From: Octopus sinensis
Lineage: Eukaryota
Reading direction: 5' to 3'
Assembly: GCF_006345805.1 (NCBI RefSeq)
Contig: NC_043006.1
Coordinates: forward strand, 101,060,001-101,124,000
DNA length: 64,000 nucleotides
Shown here piece by piece: positions 63,701 through 64,000 of this stretch. The notes beneath the pieces were generated by a model. That model made no database searches. It saw only the letters and a program-made list of their open reading frames with translations, and was not told the origin of the DNA. Position numbers and translations under genes: made by a program. The stretch's first letter is position 1; every line of letters begins with the position of its first letter.

Positions 63701-64000
63701 TGCACATGGGCGTGTGTGTGCTTATGCAAGTGTGTGCACACTTGTGTCTCCTAGTCTTGATAATGCATGATAGTTGTAAAGGAGTGTCACTGTCATACAA
63801 GCAGTGTCGTTCATTGCTAATATTCTGCCAGATTGTGTCTTGCCACAAGGAAATATAGCCTTACTTAGAAACAGGTGTGGGTTGGCAAGAGGAAGAACAT
63901 GCTGCTGCAGAAAAATCTCCCTCAAAGATCTCCATCAGACCCATGCAAACATGGAAAAGTGGACATTCAATGATGATGGTGATGCTGATGACAATAACAA

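Overview
Eukaryotic, AT-rich, microsatellite- and transposon-saturated non-coding DNA. The SINE/LINE repertoire and TA/CA/TACA/GAT microsatellite load point to a coleoid cephalopod, most likely Octopus (inference, not checked by search). I found no supportable host protein-coding exon, and most short ORFs in the track are translated microsatellites. Recognisable elements: a 5'-truncated RTE LINE with a long RT ORF (YADD motif, embedded PHD-type finger) whose 3' UTR has expanded into a ~2.4-kb tandem array; R4/Dong, Tx1/L1, CR1 and L2/CR1 LINE relics; a probable solo LTR; several Tc1/mariner relics; a TIR-bounded Chapaev3-like transposon; a FLYWCH-MULE split by a non-autonomous Helitron; a hAT MITE; and at least four tRNA-headed SINE families. 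The most unusual signal is a high density of minimal type-I hammerhead ribozyme motifs of the Penelope-like-element kind (about 9 motifs from about 5 sequence families). They include one with a ~100-nt helix II, one with a compensatory U3-A8 core inside a perfect 148-bp inverted repeat, and a tRNA-headed SINE that carries a hammerhead. There are also unexplained long hairpins and a 1.4-kb unit bounded by direct repeats that end in a stem-loop. All alignments and folds were done by eye, so boundaries are approximate unless a TSD or TIR is quoted.
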